Shown here: positions 17,773 through 31,554 of the stretch, one piece after another
Position numbering within the stretch: position 1 is the first letter of the stretch
Layout of the letters: every line of letters starts with the position of its first letter
From: an uncultured bacterium
GTDB taxonomy: Bacteria > Vulcanimicrobiota > Vulcanimicrobiia > Vulcanimicrobiales > Vulcanimicrobiaceae
Length of the DNA stretch: 64,000 nucleotides
Direction of reading: 5' to 3'
Assembly (NCBI GenBank): GCA_964648945.1
Contig: CAZYLU010000002.1
Location: 117,346-181,345 of the forward strand
Position numbers and translations under genes: made by a program
The notes under the pieces: generated by a model
Databases searched by the model: none
What the model was told of the DNA's origin: nothing
What the model saw: the letters and a program-made list of their open reading frames with translations, nothing else

Positions 17773-17852
17773 CGGCGCTCATTCTATCACGGTTAAATCG
17801 TGGTGTGGGCGCAGGACGACCATCCTCGCCGGATAAGGTCAGCAGAAAGAAC

Positions 17853-19136
17853 ATGATGTTCTACGAGTCACCGGCTACGGGCGACGGCGGCCTCCTTCAG
17901 AGACTGCTCGGTATTACCTATGAGATCTTGCATGCGCAAGAGATCTCGCCCGCGCTAGAATCAATCGCACGCGCCGTCTCCGAAATCTTCGGATTCAAGT
18001 ACGTGACGATTGTGGCGGCCGATGCGCCCGGCGGCGAACTTTATCGCCGGGTTCTCTTAGGCTTTCCTGAAGCGATCATCAACGAGCGCCTCGGCGAGCA
18101 CATCCAACGCGAAGGCGTAATGGAGATCCTGCCGACGGAATCCGAAGTGTTGCCGTACTGCTTCTACAATCCCGCAGAGCGCGAGATCATGTGGAAGCAA
18201 AGCATCTACACGGGCTACCGTCCGCTCAATGAGCCGCGTTCATCGCCCGACGCTTGGCACGAACGCGATACGCTGACGCTCGTACTCCCCGACCGCGACG
18301 GCAACATGCTGGGCTATCTCTCTGCCGATGCGCCACTCGACGGAAAGGTGCCGTCGATCGAAACGTTGCGCCGCATGCAGCTCTTCGTTAACCTCGTTGG
18401 TCTTGCGCTTGCAAATTCACGCGCGCATCATGCGGAGATCGAACGCCGCCGGATTCTCGAAGAAAACGTGCGCATGCAGAACGAGTTCTTCAGCATGGTG
18501 TCGCACGAAGTGCGTTCGCCGCTGGCCGCAATCCGCGGCGCAACGGCACTGCTGCAGACGCACTTCGAAACGCTCGGCCTCGAACGCCGTCAAGAATTGC
18601 TCAGCGTGCTCTCGAGTTCGACTGCGCGCTTGTCGTCGATCTTCGAAGACTTTCTTTTGCTCTCACGGATGGAAGCCGGTCACCTCGCGCTGCGCATCGA
18701 GCGGGTTGCACCCGTTCCCATCATCGAAGAATCGCTCGCGCGCATGCGCAGCGAACATCCCGATCGCGCGTTCAATGCTGCGTATCTGGAACCAGTTCCC
18801 TACGTGCTCGCCGACGAAGGCCGTACGGTTCAGATCATTACGAATCTGCTCTCGAACGCCGTAAAGTACGGCTTCCCGGAAAGCGCGATTCACGTTGACG
18901 TGAAACCGGCGGCTGACCACGTCACGATCAGCATCCTCAATGAGGGCACCGGCATCGAAGAAGCCGACCGCGACAAGTTGTTCACCCGATTCGGCCACTT
19001 GGCCGCCGGCGACGGCTCGACGGGCCTCGGTCTCTACATCTGCCGTGAGCTCGTCACCATGATGAACGGCACCATCGGCTTCGACTCCGAACCGGGCAAG
19101 CGAACCGCATTCTGGTTCACTCTCCCCCGCGCGTAG
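17853..19136 (+). CDS. sensor histidine kinase with N-terminal GAF-like domain (no adjacent response regulator)
   Basis: HisKA H-box FFSMVSHEVRSPLAAIRG. HATPase N, G1 and G2 boxes NLLSNAVKYG, GTGIEE, GLGLYICRELV. ATG at 17853 (MMFYESP) is preferred over the longer track ORF, which overlaps the DUF4126 gene. Confidence 0.85.
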   Translation: MMFYESPATGDGGLLQRLLGITYEILHAQEISPALESIARAVSEIFGFKYVTIVAADAPGGELYRRVLLGFPEAIINERLGEHIQREGVMEILPTESEVLPYCFYNPAEREIMWKQSIYTGYRPLNEPRSSPDAWHERDTLTLVLPDRDGNMLGYLSADAPLDGKVPSIETLRRMQLFVNLVGLALANSRAHHAEIERRRILEENVRMQNEFFSMVSHEVRSPLAAIRGATALLQTHFETLGLERRQELLSVLSSSTARLSSIFEDFLLLSRMEAGHLALRIERVAPVPIIEESLARMRSEHPDRAFNAAYLEPVPYVLADEGRTVQIITNLLSNAVKYGFPESAIHVDVKPAADHVTISILNEGTGIEEADRDKLFTRFGHLAAGDGSTGLGLYICRELVTMMNGTIGFDSEPGKRTAFWFTLPRA

Positions 19137-19225
19137 CGGGCGGCTCGCCCCTCAAGACCCTCAAAATCCTGCGCAACTAACCAATCAAGTAGCTTTATAA
19201 GGGCGGTTGTGGTACAAAATCGGGC

Positions 19226-21052
19226 GTGAAGACGCGTCCCGATATCCGTAATGTCGCTATTATTGCCCATGTCGATCATGGGAAGACCACCCTCGTTGAT
19301 GCCATGCTCAAGCAGAGCGGTGTCTTTCGTGAGGGTCAGCAGGTCGAGACGCGGGTCATGGACTCCAATCCGCTCGAGCGCGAGCGCGGCATCACGATTC
19401 TCGCAAAAAATACGGCCGTTCGGCATGGCGATGTCAAGTTCAACATCGTTGATACGCCCGGACACGCCGACTTTGGCGGAGAGGTCGAGCGCGTACTTCA
19501 GATGGTGCAAGGCGTGCTGTTGCTCGTCGACGCGGCGGAAGGCGTGATGCCGCAGACGCGGTTCGTGCTTCGTAAGGCGCTCGAGCTGGATTTAAAAGCG
19601 CTCGTGGCGATCAACAAGATCGATCGCAAAGACGCGCGCGCGACGGAAATCGTGAACGAAGTTTTTGACTTGTTCATTGAGCTCGGCGCGAGTGACGAGC
19701 AGGCCGATTTTCCCGTCGTCTTCACCAACGGCAGAGCTGGTATCGCGAAGCGGTCGCTAGAGGATGACAGCGCCGATCTCGAGCCGTTGTTTGAGATCAT
19801 CAAGAAGCACGTGCCTGAAGCGCCGGCTGAGGATGGGCCGTTTCAGTTGCTCATTTCGGCGATCGATCACAATAAGTACGTCGGACGCATCGGCGTTGGC
19901 CGAATTTTCCGCGGCTCTTCGCGCGTCAACATGCCGATTGCGAAGGTCGCGCGCGAAGGGAAAGTCGCGACGGGTCTTCGTTTGACCAAGCTGCTGACGT
20001 TCCAAGGTCTCGAGCGCATTGAAGTCGATGAGGCTTCTGCGGGCGACATCGTTTGTGTGTCGGGCATTGAAGATCTCAATATTGGCGATACGATCGCGGA
20101 TGCGAACGCGCCCGAAGGCATTCATGCCGTTGCGGTTGATGAGCCGACGGTGTCGATGTTTTTCTCGGTGAACAACTCGCCGTTCGCGGGCAAGGAAGGG
20201 AAGTTCCTCACGTCGCGCCAGATTCGCGAGCGGTTGATGCGCGAGCTCGAATCGAATGTCGCGCTGCGCGTTTCCGATACGGAATCGGCGGATACGTTCG
20301 AGGTCCGCGGACGCGGCGAACTGCATCTCTCGATCCTCATCGAAACGATGCGCCGCGAAGGTTACGAACTCGCCGTTTCCAAGCCGCAAGTCATCGTAAT
20401 GGAGCGCGACGGCAAGAAGTGGGAGCCGGTGGAGTACGTCGTCGTCGACGTCCCTTCGGAATACGAAGGACCCGTGATCGAAGCGCTCGGCAAGCGCAAA
20501 GCCGTCATGTCGAACATGATCAATGTCGCTGACTCGCGGCGCCTGGAGTACACGATGCCGACGCGCGCGATCTTCGGACTACGCGGGGAGCTTCTGACGC
20601 TCACGCGCGGCACTGCCGTAATGTCGCACACCTATTACGATCACCAGGAGTGGCAAGGCGAATTGCCGGGCCGCAACGTCGGCGCGCTCGTTGCTACCGA
20701 CACGGGACGCGCGACGGCGTATGCGCTCGCGGGCGTCGAGCAACGCGGCCGTTTCTTCATCGATCCGGGCGTCGACGTGTATGAAGGCATGATCGTCGGC
20801 CGTGCCAATGATGACAAGGACGTCGGACTCAACGTCGTACGTGAGAAGAAACTCACGAACATGCGTGCTGCGGGCAGCGATGAAAACGTCAAGCTTCCGC
20901 CTGCGGAAGACCTTTCACTCGAACGCGCAATCGAGTTCATCGAAGACGACGAACTCGTTGAGGTCACGCCGAAGTCCATTCGTTTGCGCAAGCGCATTCT
21001 GGACGAAGGCGAACGCCTCAAAGCGCGCAAACGCGAAAAAGCGAACGTCTAA
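19226..21052 (+). CDS. typA: translational GTPase TypA/BipA
   Basis: [41 protein letters not shown]. Full-length 608 aa with the characteristic C-terminal domain. Confidence 0.95.
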   Translation: MKTRPDIRNVAIIAHVDHGKTTLVDAMLKQSGVFREGQQVETRVMDSNPLERERGITILAKNTAVRHGDVKFNIVDTPGHADFGGEVERVLQMVQGVLLLVDAAEGVMPQTRFVLRKALELDLKALVAINKIDRKDARATEIVNEVFDLFIELGASDEQADFPVVFTNGRAGIAKRSLEDDSADLEPLFEIIKKHVPEAPAEDGPFQLLISAIDHNKYVGRIGVGRIFRGSSRVNMPIAKVAREGKVATGLRLTKLLTFQGLERIEVDEASAGDIVCVSGIEDLNIGDTIADANAPEGIHAVAVDEPTVSMFFSVNNSPFAGKEGKFLTSRQIRERLMRELESNVALRVSDTESADTFEVRGRGELHLSILIETMRREGYELAVSKPQVIVMERDGKKWEPVEYVVVDVPSEYEGPVIEALGKRKAVMSNMINVADSRRLEYTMPTRAIFGLRGELLTLTRGTAVMSHTYYDHQEWQGELPGRNVGALVATDTGRATAYALAGVEQRGRFFIDPGVDVYEGMIVGRANDDKDVGLNVVREKKLTNMRAAGSDENVKLPPAEDLSLERAIEFIEDDELVEVTPKSIRLRKRILDEGERLKARKREKANV

Positions 21053-21055
21053 GCG

Positions 21056-21940
21056 CTACACCGACAACGACCGGCGCGTCGTCTCGACGGTACCGCGCTC
21101 GACGTGCGCGACGCGCCTTTGCGATCCGAAGTGAACCGCGAACGCTTTGGTGAGCTCGGCACCGAAGAGAAAAATCTGCGCCGAATAGTATAGCCAGATC
21201 AATACGGCAACGAGCGAGCCGGCCGCGCCGTACGCGGACGTCACGGCGGCGCGACCGAGATATAAACCGATCAAATACTGGCCCACGACGGACAGCACCG
21301 ACGAAGCGGCCGCGCCGATCCAAACATCGCGCCAACTAAGGCGCACTCGCGGAAGCCACTTGTACATCGCTGCCGTTATAACGGTTACGGCAATAAGAAG
21401 CAGCGCAGCGTTTGCAATTTTTGCCGGAACTCCGTCGACAAACGCGCTGACCAACGCGGTCACTATTAACATGGCGACAACGAGAATGGCCGCCGTTCCC
21501 ATAATCGTCAGCGATTTCACGCGATCGAGTATCGTTCGCACGATTCCGCCAGCGGGCTCGGCATGCCAAATCGTATCGAGCGCGCCTTGAATCGCAACGA
21601 TCAATCCGGTCGCACCGAAGGCGAAGAGCACCCACGCGACGATCGTCGCAAACACTCCGGTCGAGCGCTGGTTGAACGTCGCGTCGACGATTTGGGCAAT
21701 GACTTTCGTTCCCGCGTCTCCAATCGCAGGGCGCGCCTCATTGAGAATCTGATCGCGTACAGCGTTATGATGTCCGGCGCCGCCGAGAAACGCGGCCGCG
21801 ATTTCGATCACGATAATAAGCAGCGGCGCTATGGCGAAGATCGTATAGAATGCCAGCGCCGCCGCGAGCCGGGAAGCCTGATCGTCCGACCACCCCTTGT
21901 AGGCATCTTTGATCAACAGAATGATGGCGGACGCGCCCAT
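21056..21940 (-). CDS. YihY/BrkB (ribonuclease BN-like) family membrane protein
   Basis: ASRLAAALAFYTIFAIAPLLIIV and ...YSAQIFLFGAELTKA motifs. 6 TM helices. Confidence 0.8.
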   Translation of the reverse strand: MGASAIILLIKDAYKGWSDDQASRLAAALAFYTIFAIAPLLIIVIEIAAAFLGGAGHHNAVRDQILNEARPAIGDAGTKVIAQIVDATFNQRSTGVFATIVAWVLFAFGATGLIVAIQGALDTIWHAEPAGGIVRTILDRVKSLTIMGTAAILVVAMLIVTALVSAFVDGVPAKIANAALLLIAVTVITAAMYKWLPRVRLSWRDVWIGAAASSVLSVVGQYLIGLYLGRAAVTSAYGAAGSLVAVLIWLYYSAQIFLFGAELTKAFAVHFGSQRRVAHVERGTVETTRRSLSV

Positions 21941-21943
21941 GCG

Positions 21944-22462
21944 CTACTCATACCCACGCTCCTGCGCCTTCTTCAACTCTTCGGCCGCCTCGCGAACGTC
22001 TGTTGCGCGTGCCATAGATTCCGCTGCCCGATCTTCACGGTTCGGCAAGTGCGGATCGTCACGGCGCATCTGTTCGAGAAGGTCGATGATCTTCGCAACT
22101 TTCTGTTCGGTAACCACTGCCATTTGCAATGTGATCTCCGCGCGGCGATGAGCAACGCGGCTCTGCCGGTTCTGCGTGATCAAGATCAGCACCGCGATGA
22201 AGAACGACCCGAGCGAGACGATGAGCTCGAGTACGGGAAACTGCGGCGCGTCGAACGGGCGCTGCGCAAATGAGCGGTACGCGAGATTCGCGACGATCCA
22301 GGCGGCTACGAATACCAGGACCGCCCAAGCAAACCAAGGTTTACCTAGACGATCGGTGACGCGTTCGATACCAAGCTGCGCGGTTGGCACGCTGCGGCGA
22401 GTCTCGTCGTGAAGTTCGGTGAGCGTTTGAATGGCGAGGTCGATCGGGTCTTCCGTTTGCAT
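21944..22462 (-). CDS. DUF1003 domain membrane protein
   Basis: FDAPQFPVLELIVSLGSFFIAVLILITQNRQ followed by a coiled region. Confidence 0.7.
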   Translation of the reverse strand: MQTEDPIDLAIQTLTELHDETRRSVPTAQLGIERVTDRLGKPWFAWAVLVFVAAWIVANLAYRSFAQRPFDAPQFPVLELIVSLGSFFIAVLILITQNRQSRVAHRRAEITLQMAVVTEQKVAKIIDLLEQMRRDDPHLPNREDRAAESMARATDVREAAEELKKAQERGYE

Positions 22463-22499
22463 CCCGCGTGTTTACCCGCCGCTCGGCGTTAGCTCACAT

Positions 22500-23519
22500 C
22501 TAGGACGTCATTTCAAACGCTTGCTCGGCGCCGGTGCCGCCTTCGATTGCCTGCGACGGCGTCATTCCGAACATATGCTTGTGATCCGAGCTGAAGTGCC
22601 CCATATGCCAGAATCCGAAGTCGGCCGCAATTTCGAGAATCGCCGTTTCGCCATGCGAAGCGCGCAGCTTCCGATGAGCGGCGTTGAGCCGGCATACCTT
22701 CCAATACGTCATCGGGCCCACACCGTAGACGTCCTTGAATGCGTAGATCAGCGCACGTACTCCGCAGTGCATCTCTTTGCAGATCCGTTCGAGCGTCAAC
22801 GGCTCCTCGACGTTCTCCCACATGAACGCTTGAACGCTGCGAACAAGCGAAAGCGAACGCTGTTCCCGCCGCTGTTCTGATTTTGGCATCGTCGCAACGG
22901 TTTGCAGCGCGCTGACCAATGCTTGCGCGATTTCGCTACGCGCGTACAGCAACCGCGATCGTGTTCCCTCGCTACCGGCACGTGATCCCTTGGTTATGCG
23001 ATCGATCGACGCCCGGACGTCGGCAAAGACCGATCCGTCCACAAAGACTTCACTGGTGATCGGCATGAGCGAGGTACGCTCGCTCTCCGGCATCTGTTCG
23101 AGTGAAAGGCGAATGAAGATCGCGTGACTTGGGCCGAGCGCGCACACATCAATCGCGGACCCGGGCGTCACACAGACTTCACTCGGCTTCCAGGGATGAC
23201 CGCGTTCGACGACGCGTTCACCTTCTATCAGGAACGCTACCGAGATTGATTCCGGCTGTTCGATAAAGCGCAGCTCGATGCCGCGGTCTGCAGAAAATTC
23301 AGAGATCGTGATCGGCCCAAGACGAACCGAAGACATAAAGCCGGATAATAAACCAGCGGTTAACTGAATACACTGCGAACAACCATCAAAACGTTCGATA
23401 TCTTGTGCGCTGCGAACAGGATCAAACTCGACCGCTGTGACGCCGCTATGGCTTCCGTGCGTAAGGGAGACGGAATTCACTCTCAAAGGCTCCGCAAATG
23501 GCAATACACTTTTTGGCAA
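22500..23519 (-). CDS. AraC family transcriptional regulator
   Basis: C-terminal double HTH: LTLERICKEMHCGVRALIYAFKDVYGVGPMTYWKVCRLNAAHRKL...ILEIAADFGFWHMGHFSSDHKHMFGMTPS. Confidence 0.85.
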   Translation of the reverse strand: MPKSVLPFAEPLRVNSVSLTHGSHSGVTAVEFDPVRSAQDIERFDGCSQCIQLTAGLLSGFMSSVRLGPITISEFSADRGIELRFIEQPESISVAFLIEGERVVERGHPWKPSEVCVTPGSAIDVCALGPSHAIFIRLSLEQMPESERTSLMPITSEVFVDGSVFADVRASIDRITKGSRAGSEGTRSRLLYARSEIAQALVSALQTVATMPKSEQRREQRSLSLVRSVQAFMWENVEEPLTLERICKEMHCGVRALIYAFKDVYGVGPMTYWKVCRLNAAHRKLRASHGETAILEIAADFGFWHMGHFSSDHKHMFGMTPSQAIEGGTGAEQAFEMTS

Positions 23520-23642
23520 AGACCATTTTCACCGCGAAGAGAGAATATTCGGATAAAGTATACCGGAGATACAAAGAAACGCTTCTCGGAAAATTCGTTT
23601 TGTGCAGTGTTCGGATATTGCATCGTTGGATTGGTTGTTACG

Positions 23643-23984
23643 ATGCGCATACAGATGCGTACGCTCAACGGGCAGTATCAGGTGGACGACGCGGTCGCGA
23701 CATTTTTCGGCTCGCGAACATTGCGTTTCATCGCGCGCGACACGTACGTAACCGGAAGGTTCGGGCGGGAAGGCGTTATTCGCGGTTCGGTGAGCGGTCA
23801 CGAGCTCTCAGCGCAGTGGCACGACAAACAACGCCACGGCTGGTTGCGCGTTCGCTTCGCGCCGTCGTTTAAGACCGGAGAGCTCGAATACGGCATGGAG
23901 CCGGAGCAGGGTCTAGCGGGGCGATCGATGATGGTGCGCGTCGTTCGCACTGCGCGCACAAAAAGCGTAGAGGCGCCCGGTTAA
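23643..23984 (+). CDS. hypothetical protein (113 aa)
   Basis: ATG at 23643 (MRIQMRTLNG...). Divergent from the AraC gene. No known motif. Confidence 0.5.
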   Translation: MRIQMRTLNGQYQVDDAVATFFGSRTLRFIARDTYVTGRFGREGVIRGSVSGHELSAQWHDKQRHGWLRVRFAPSFKTGELEYGMEPEQGLAGRSMMVRVVRTARTKSVEAPG

Positions 23985-24011
23985 GAGCGCCTCTAGTATT
24001 CGTTCTACGGG

Positions 24012-26639
24012 TTATACGGTCGCTGGGACACGTTCGCCCACCGTGAACGTGAGTTCGCCATTGATTTCGTTGAACCCGACGTTGACCGTGTCGCCGTCGC
24101 GAACATCGCCGGAGAGGATCTTGCGTCCGAGTGGCGTCTCCAACTCTTTTTGGATCGTGCGCTTCAACGGACGTGCTCCGTAGTTCGGATCGTATCCCGC
24201 CTTCACAAGATGACGCTTCGCGTCGTCGTTGAGCACGAGGGTGATCCGGCGCTCTGCCAGGCGCTGGCGCAGACGCCCGAGCTGAATGTCGACGATCTGC
24301 ATGAGCTGTTCTTCACTCAACGCATGGAAGACGATGATCTCGTCGACGCGGTTGAGGAACTCCGGCCGGAAATGAGCGCGCAGCTCTTCCATCACCGTCG
24401 CGCGCATGATCGCCTCTTCGGCTCCGCCGAACGTTCCGCGATACTCGAGGATACGGTGGCTTCCGATGTTCGACGTCATGATGACGATCGTGTTGCGGAA
24501 GTCGACCGTGTGTCCTTGTCCGTCGGTGAGTCGTCCGTCATCGAGAATCTGCAGCAAGACGTTGAAGACGTCGTGATGCGCTTTCTCGATCTCGTCGAAG
24601 AGAATCACCGAGTACGGACGCCGCCGCACGGCTTCGGTGAGCTGACCGCCTTCCTCGTAGCCGACGTATCCCGGAGGCGCACCGAGCAATCGCGCAACGG
24701 TATGCTTCTCTTGATACTCCGACATATCGATGCGGATGAGTGCGCGTTCGTCATCGAAGAGATAGTCTGCAAGCGCACGCGCGAGTTCGGTTTTACCGAC
24801 GCCCGTCGGACCGAGGAAGATAAACGACCCGATCGGACGATTCGGATCCGCAAGACCCGAGCGCGAGCGAAGCACTGCTTCGGCAACGGCATCGACGGCT
24901 TCGTCTTGGCCGATGACGCGTTTGTGCAGTTCCTCGTCGAGCGTAAGCAGTTTCTGCTTCTCGCCTTCAAGGAGTTTCGCAACCGGAATGCCGGTCCATC
25001 GCGCGATGACCTCCGCGATGTCCTCTTCGTCGACTTCTTCTTTTGAAAGACGCCCGACCTTACCGTCTTGGAGACGCGCCTCTTCTTTCGCAAGTTCCTT
25101 CTCGAGTTGCGGAAGACGGCCGTACTTCAATTCGGCAACGCGGTTGAGATCGTACTGACGCTCGGCCTGTTCGATCTGTACCTTCGTGTCGGTAATCTGC
25201 TCGCGAAGTTCGCGCAGACGAACGGATGCGTTCTTCTCCGACTCCCACTGCGAGCGCAGCCTCGTCTGCTCTTCACGCAGCTCCGCAAGTTCGCGCTCGA
25301 GTGCGTCGAGACGCTCGCGGCTCTGCCGGTCGTTCTCTTTGCGCAGCGCCTCGCGTTCGATCTCGAGCTGCATCACGCGGCGCGAGACTTCGTCCAGTTC
25401 CTGCGGCATCGAATCGATCTCGGTGCGCAGCTTTGCCGCCGCTTCGTCGACGAGGTCGATCGCCTTGTCCGGCAAGAACCGGTCGGCAATGTAACGATTG
25501 CTCATCGTCGCCGCTGCAACGAGCGCGCTGTCCTTGATCCGTACGCCGTGATGCGCTTCGTACTTCTCGCGCAGTCCGCGCAGAATCGAAATCGTGTCCT
25601 CGACGCTCGGCTGATCGACCATCACGGGCTGGAAGCGCCGTTCGAGCGCCGCATCTTTTTCAATGTACTTGCGATATTCGTCGAGCGTGGTCGCGCCGAT
25701 CATGTGCAGTTCGCCGCGCGCAAGCATCGGTTTGAGCAGGTTGCCCGCGTCCATCGAGCCTTCGGCTTTGCCAGCGCCGACGACCGTATGCAGCTCGTCG
25801 ACGAACAGAATGATCTGTCCCTCGGAATTCGCCACGTCTTTGAGCACCGCTTTGAGGCGCTCTTCGAATTCACCACGATACTTCGCGCCTGCAATGAGCG
25901 CGCCCATATCGAGCGAGACGATGCGCTTGTTCTTCAAGCCTTCGGGCACGTCGCCGCGCACGATGCGCTGCGCCAAACCCTCGACGATCGCCGTTTTACC
26001 GACGCCGGGGTCACCGATGAGCACCGGGTTGTTTTTCGTGCGGCGCGAGAGCACTTGAATGATGCGGCGAATCTCGTCGTCGCGGCCGATCACGGGATCG
26101 AGTTTGCCGCGTTCCGCTTCGAGCGTGAGATCGCGTCCGTACCGTTCGAGCGACTTGTACGTGCCTTCGGGATCTTTGGTCGTCACGCGCTGATTGCCGC
26201 GCACGGCTTTGAGCGCTTCGAGGAGTTTATCGCGGGTTAAACCCGCCTCGCGAAACAGTCTCCCGACCGTTCCGCCGGACTGTGCCATGGCGAGCAGCAC
26301 ATGCTCGACCGACGTGTAGTCGTCTTGCAGCGCTTTGGCTTCGTTTTCAGCCGTCGCCATGACGCGCGCGAGTTCCGGCGAGAGCGTCACTTGCGCGCTC
26401 TCGGCGTTCGCACCGGAAAGGCGCGGCAGCTGTCCAATGGCGTCGTCGACCTTCTTCGTGAAGGCCTTCACGTCTACGCCGGCAGCCTGCAGAATATCAG
26501 GAGCGATGCCGCGCTCTTGCTCGAGCAGCGCGGCAAGCAAATGCTCAGGGGTTGTCTGGGTGTTGTGTTCGTGGAGCGCACGAGTGTAGGCCGCGTTGAG
26601 GCCTTCGCTCACGCGCTCGGTCATCTTATCTACGTTCAT
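24012..26639 (-). CDS. clpB: ATP-dependent chaperone ClpB
   Basis: 875 aa. Clp N-domain, two AAA+ modules ([30 protein letters not shown]) and a long coiled-coil middle domain. Confidence 0.97.
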   Translation of the reverse strand: MNVDKMTERVSEGLNAAYTRALHEHNTQTTPEHLLAALLEQERGIAPDILQAAGVDVKAFTKKVDDAIGQLPRLSGANAESAQVTLSPELARVMATAENEAKALQDDYTSVEHVLLAMAQSGGTVGRLFREAGLTRDKLLEALKAVRGNQRVTTKDPEGTYKSLERYGRDLTLEAERGKLDPVIGRDDEIRRIIQVLSRRTKNNPVLIGDPGVGKTAIVEGLAQRIVRGDVPEGLKNKRIVSLDMGALIAGAKYRGEFEERLKAVLKDVANSEGQIILFVDELHTVVGAGKAEGSMDAGNLLKPMLARGELHMIGATTLDEYRKYIEKDAALERRFQPVMVDQPSVEDTISILRGLREKYEAHHGVRIKDSALVAAATMSNRYIADRFLPDKAIDLVDEAAAKLRTEIDSMPQELDEVSRRVMQLEIEREALRKENDRQSRERLDALERELAELREEQTRLRSQWESEKNASVRLRELREQITDTKVQIEQAERQYDLNRVAELKYGRLPQLEKELAKEEARLQDGKVGRLSKEEVDEEDIAEVIARWTGIPVAKLLEGEKQKLLTLDEELHKRVIGQDEAVDAVAEAVLRSRSGLADPNRPIGSFIFLGPTGVGKTELARALADYLFDDERALIRIDMSEYQEKHTVARLLGAPPGYVGYEEGGQLTEAVRRRPYSVILFDEIEKAHHDVFNVLLQILDDGRLTDGQGHTVDFRNTIVIMTSNIGSHRILEYRGTFGGAEEAIMRATVMEELRAHFRPEFLNRVDEIIVFHALSEEQLMQIVDIQLGRLRQRLAERRITLVLNDDAKRHLVKAGYDPNYGARPLKRTIQKELETPLGRKILSGDVRDGDTVNVGFNEINGELTFTVGERVPATV

Positions 26640-26672
26640 CGCTTACCCCTAAAAACCGCAGAAACCCATCCA

Positions 26673-27827
26673 ATGGTTGCAGACACACCCATCCAATCCA
26701 AGCGGGATTCACTCTCGAACGGAGTGTACCCCGCGCGTATGAACATTGCGGCCGGCGCCATCCGGGCCTTCTATCTCTTTGATGTCGCCGACACAATCGA
26801 TCTCGGTGCCCTTCGCACCGTTGAGGGCGAAGGCGTCTTTCCCAAGGATATTCCGCTGCGGACCTACGCGTCCACCGCGTACTTGCAATTTCCCGTACCC
26901 CCGCTCGTTGCACGATTGCCCGACGGACGTTTCGGCGACATGGCTTGCACCGTGCGCGCGAAGTTTTTCGATTACGGCGTCATCTCACTGCGCTTTTCGT
27001 TCCCGATTGAAGGCAGCTGGGAACGCTTACAAGCGGCGGCAAATGACCTGCGCCGCAGCGACGAGATTGCGCGGTATGCATCGCAGACGGTTGAACGGAT
27101 CTCCAGGGAACTGGGTTCAGCACTCGACGATCCGCATCGCGCGCTCGTGGAAGATTATTTCGTTATCGAAGTCGAGCGCTTCGAACCGCGCATCGAGTCG
27201 GCGGCACTGCTTCATAACTACTCGGATTCGCTCGCACAGCTGCTGCTCGGAGAGACGACCGCACTCTCTTATACCGAGGTGGAAGAAGCGCTGCGCACGC
27301 GTTTTTCTTACTATGCCGACGATCTGACCATCGTGCAGTGGGACACGGCGTTTGTATACGACCGGCGCGAATCGAGCGATGCGATCGGCGACATTCTGGA
27401 ATTTGCGAATTCCCAGTTGCTCGAGCTACGAACGTACGATGCGTTGCTGGACCGCGAATTAGATACGATCTACGCGCTGCAGCCCGGCTCGCGAGCGCGC
27501 TCGCTCTTCGGGCGCCGGGAAGCTGAATCCGCGGCGACGATCCGCTATCTTATCGTCGACATCTTGGAATTGATCGACCGTTCCAGTAACGCGCTCAAGG
27601 TGGTCGGCGACGCGTACTACGCCCGCATCTATCGCGCGGCAGCGTCAAGACTCGGCCTCGCCGACTGGCAGAGCCAGATCGACAGCAAACTCGCGAGCGT
27701 GCGCGACATGTATCAATTCCTGGTCGATCAGGCGCGCTCGCGCCGCGACGAGTTCCTGGAACTCATCGTCATCATTCTCATCGCCATCGAAGTCGTAATC
27801 GGCGTGTGGACGCTAGTAAGACATTGA
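26673..27827 (+). CDS. DUF155/RMD1-like protein with a C-terminal TM helix
   Basis: AIRAFYLFDVADTIDL...YGVISLRFSF...TIVQWDTAFVY...ELIVIILIAIEVVIGVW. The start is either ATG 26673 or ATG 26739. The longer track ORF overlaps clpB. Confidence 0.6.
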   Translation: MVADTPIQSKRDSLSNGVYPARMNIAAGAIRAFYLFDVADTIDLGALRTVEGEGVFPKDIPLRTYASTAYLQFPVPPLVARLPDGRFGDMACTVRAKFFDYGVISLRFSFPIEGSWERLQAAANDLRRSDEIARYASQTVERISRELGSALDDPHRALVEDYFVIEVERFEPRIESAALLHNYSDSLAQLLLGETTALSYTEVEEALRTRFSYYADDLTIVQWDTAFVYDRRESSDAIGDILEFANSQLLELRTYDALLDRELDTIYALQPGSRARSLFGRREAESAATIRYLIVDILELIDRSSNALKVVGDAYYARIYRAAASRLGLADWQSQIDSKLASVRDMYQFLVDQARSRRDEFLELIVIILIAIEVVIGVWTLVRH

Positions 27828-27834
27828 TGCCCCT

Positions 27835-29644
<1,810 letters not shown>

Positions 29645-29691
29645 GGCGCCTCCCGATCCGGTAGACCTGTCGTACCTCCTTTAGAATAACG

Positions 29692-31554
29692 TCAGTGGCC
29701 TTTACGCGCACGAAGCATCCGGTAGTCGCCGCTGCGCACCGTAATGCCGCGTCCGTCGAACCATTCCAACAGCGGCACGGCATATTTGCGCGACGTCCCG
29801 AGAAGATCGCGAAATTCCGCCATCGTCATGCGGCCGTTGCGATCGATAAACTCTTCGACTTTACGATGGATCTGCTCGATTTGCGATCCCCGATAGAGCG
29901 CCTCGCCGACGCGGACGAGTACGCCGCGTACGAGCAGCGTTTCGAATGCTCGCGGCAAGCCGGCCGGACCAGCTGCTTTTGCGGCAGTTGCAACGGCGTC
30001 GAAATCGGCTGGAACGAACGGTGCATCAGGATCGATCGGAACGGCGCGATCGAAGAATGCACGTTGCTCGTTGCTCAGCTTCGGCGCATGTTCCGTCGTC
30101 GCGTAGTAGCCCGATCGATGCGTGATGCGGCCTTCATCAACAAACGCCGCGAGCAGACGAATGAGCTTCTTTTCCTCGATCTGCAGCGCGCGAGCGAGCG
30201 CAAGCGACGTCAACCCCATTGCCCATGGTTCGCGTTCGTGCGCGGTCGTGAGCGCTTGCAACACCGCATCGAGTAGTTGCTGGGCCGCAACTGCGGAAAT
30301 ATACGCTTGTGGGCGTAAGATTCTCAGCGCTTCGCCGTTCTCGACGAGCGATGCAACTGCGCGCTCTACGACGTCTTCGCGCAGGTTTGTTGCAAACGCA
30401 ATTTCGCCCACCTCGGCCGGGTCGCTACCACGCTCGCGTAACGCTTCCAGCACGGCACGGAGCGATGCATCGTGGATGTCGGCAGGGGCTAGCCCGGAAT
30501 CAACGCCGGTGATCTCGCCGCCGCCGAGCAGCGTCTTCGGCGACACGCGGCGCAGGACGAATCGTACGCCGGGAAATGCGAGCACGGGTGCTTTGAGGAA
30601 CAGTTCTCCGCGTACGGTTTCACCGGGCTCCGGCGGCCGCGAAACCACCAGTGTGCCGAGAATCTCCGCCGAGCCGATATGCGCGCGCACCGGCGTTCGC
30701 CGCTTGATCAATGCGGTCGCATCAGCCAGCGGCGTGAACGCGACGTTGAAGCTGGGACGCGGCGCAAACTGCCTGTCGGCAACGACTTCGCCGCGCGCAA
30801 TTTCATGCGTATCGACACCCGGCACGTTGATCGCGACACGCGTTCCGCCGAACACCGTATCCCGCGGCTGCCCGAACACGTGAATGCTTCGAACGCGCAC
30901 CGGCGTACCGTGCGGCTCGAGCGCGAGCGTATCGCCCGTTGCAATTCGTCCTTGCATCAACGTTCCGGTGACGATTGTGCCGCGCCCGGGAAGCGAAAAG
31001 ACGCGATCTACCGGCATGTACACCGGCGCATCGGTGTCGCGCGGCGCGAGCGACGCCAGCTCGAATTGCAGCCCCATCTTGAGCACGTCGAGATTCGCAC
31101 CGGTCACCGTCGACACCGCAAAGATCGGCGCATTCTCCGCGATCGTTCCTTGCAATTCACCGTGTACCATGCGACACGCCTCACCTTGACGCTCGGGCGC
31201 AATTAAATCGATCTTGGTCAGCGCTACGACGATGCGTTGCACGTTGAGATATTGCAAGATCTGCAGATGCTCGATCGTCTGCGGCATGATCCCTTCGTTT
31301 GCAGCAATAACGAGCAAGAGCAATTCCATGCCGGCGGCGCCCGCAAGCATGTTATGCAGAAAGCGCGCGTGTCCGGGGACGTCGACGATGCCCGCTTCGC
31401 TACCGTCGTCGAACTGAAGACGCGCAAAACCGAGGTCGAGCGTCATGCCGCGCTCTTGTTCCTCGATCCAACGGTCGGGATTCGTTCCCGTCAAGGCTGT
31501 TACGAGCGATGATTTTCCATGGTCAACGTGACCTGCGGTACCGATGATGTGCAT
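29692..31554 (-). CDS. selB: selenocysteine-specific translation elongation factor SelB
   Basis: MHIIGTAGHVDHGKSSLV (G1), DVPGH, TKID, then the long C-terminal winged-helix (SECIS-binding) extension. ATG at 31554 overlaps the selA stop by 1 nt. Confidence 0.9.
   Translation of the reverse strand: MHIIGTAGHVDHGKSSLVTALTGTNPDRWIEEQERGMTLDLGFARLQFDDGSEAGIVDVPGHARFLHNMLAGAAGMELLLLVIAANEGIMPQTIEHLQILQYLNVQRIVVALTKIDLIAPERQGEACRMVHGELQGTIAENAPIFAVSTVTGANLDVLKMGLQFELASLAPRDTDAPVYMPVDRVFSLPGRGTIVTGTLMQGRIATGDTLALEPHGTPVRVRSIHVFGQPRDTVFGGTRVAINVPGVDTHEIARGEVVADRQFAPRPSFNVAFTPLADATALIKRRTPVRAHIGSAEILGTLVVSRPPEPGETVRGELFLKAPVLAFPGVRFVLRRVSPKTLLGGGEITGVDSGLAPADIHDASLRAVLEALRERGSDPAEVGEIAFATNLREDVVERAVASLVENGEALRILRPQAYISAVAAQQLLDAVLQALTTAHEREPWAMGLTSLALARALQIEEKKLIRLLAAFVDEGRITHRSGYYATTEHAPKLSNEQRAFFDRAVPIDPDAPFVPADFDAVATAAKAAGPAGLPRAFETLLVRGVLVRVGEALYRGSQIEQIHRKVEEFIDRNGRMTMAEFRDLLGTSRKYAVPLLEWFDGRGITVRSGDYRMLRARKGH

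Noticed and set aside
24150-26240. Long ORFs (298 and 390 aa) on the + strand inside the clpB region
   Set aside because: They are antisense to an unambiguous full-length ClpB. Their translations are Arg/Asp/Val-rich with no motifs, the typical shadow ORFs of a high-GC gene.
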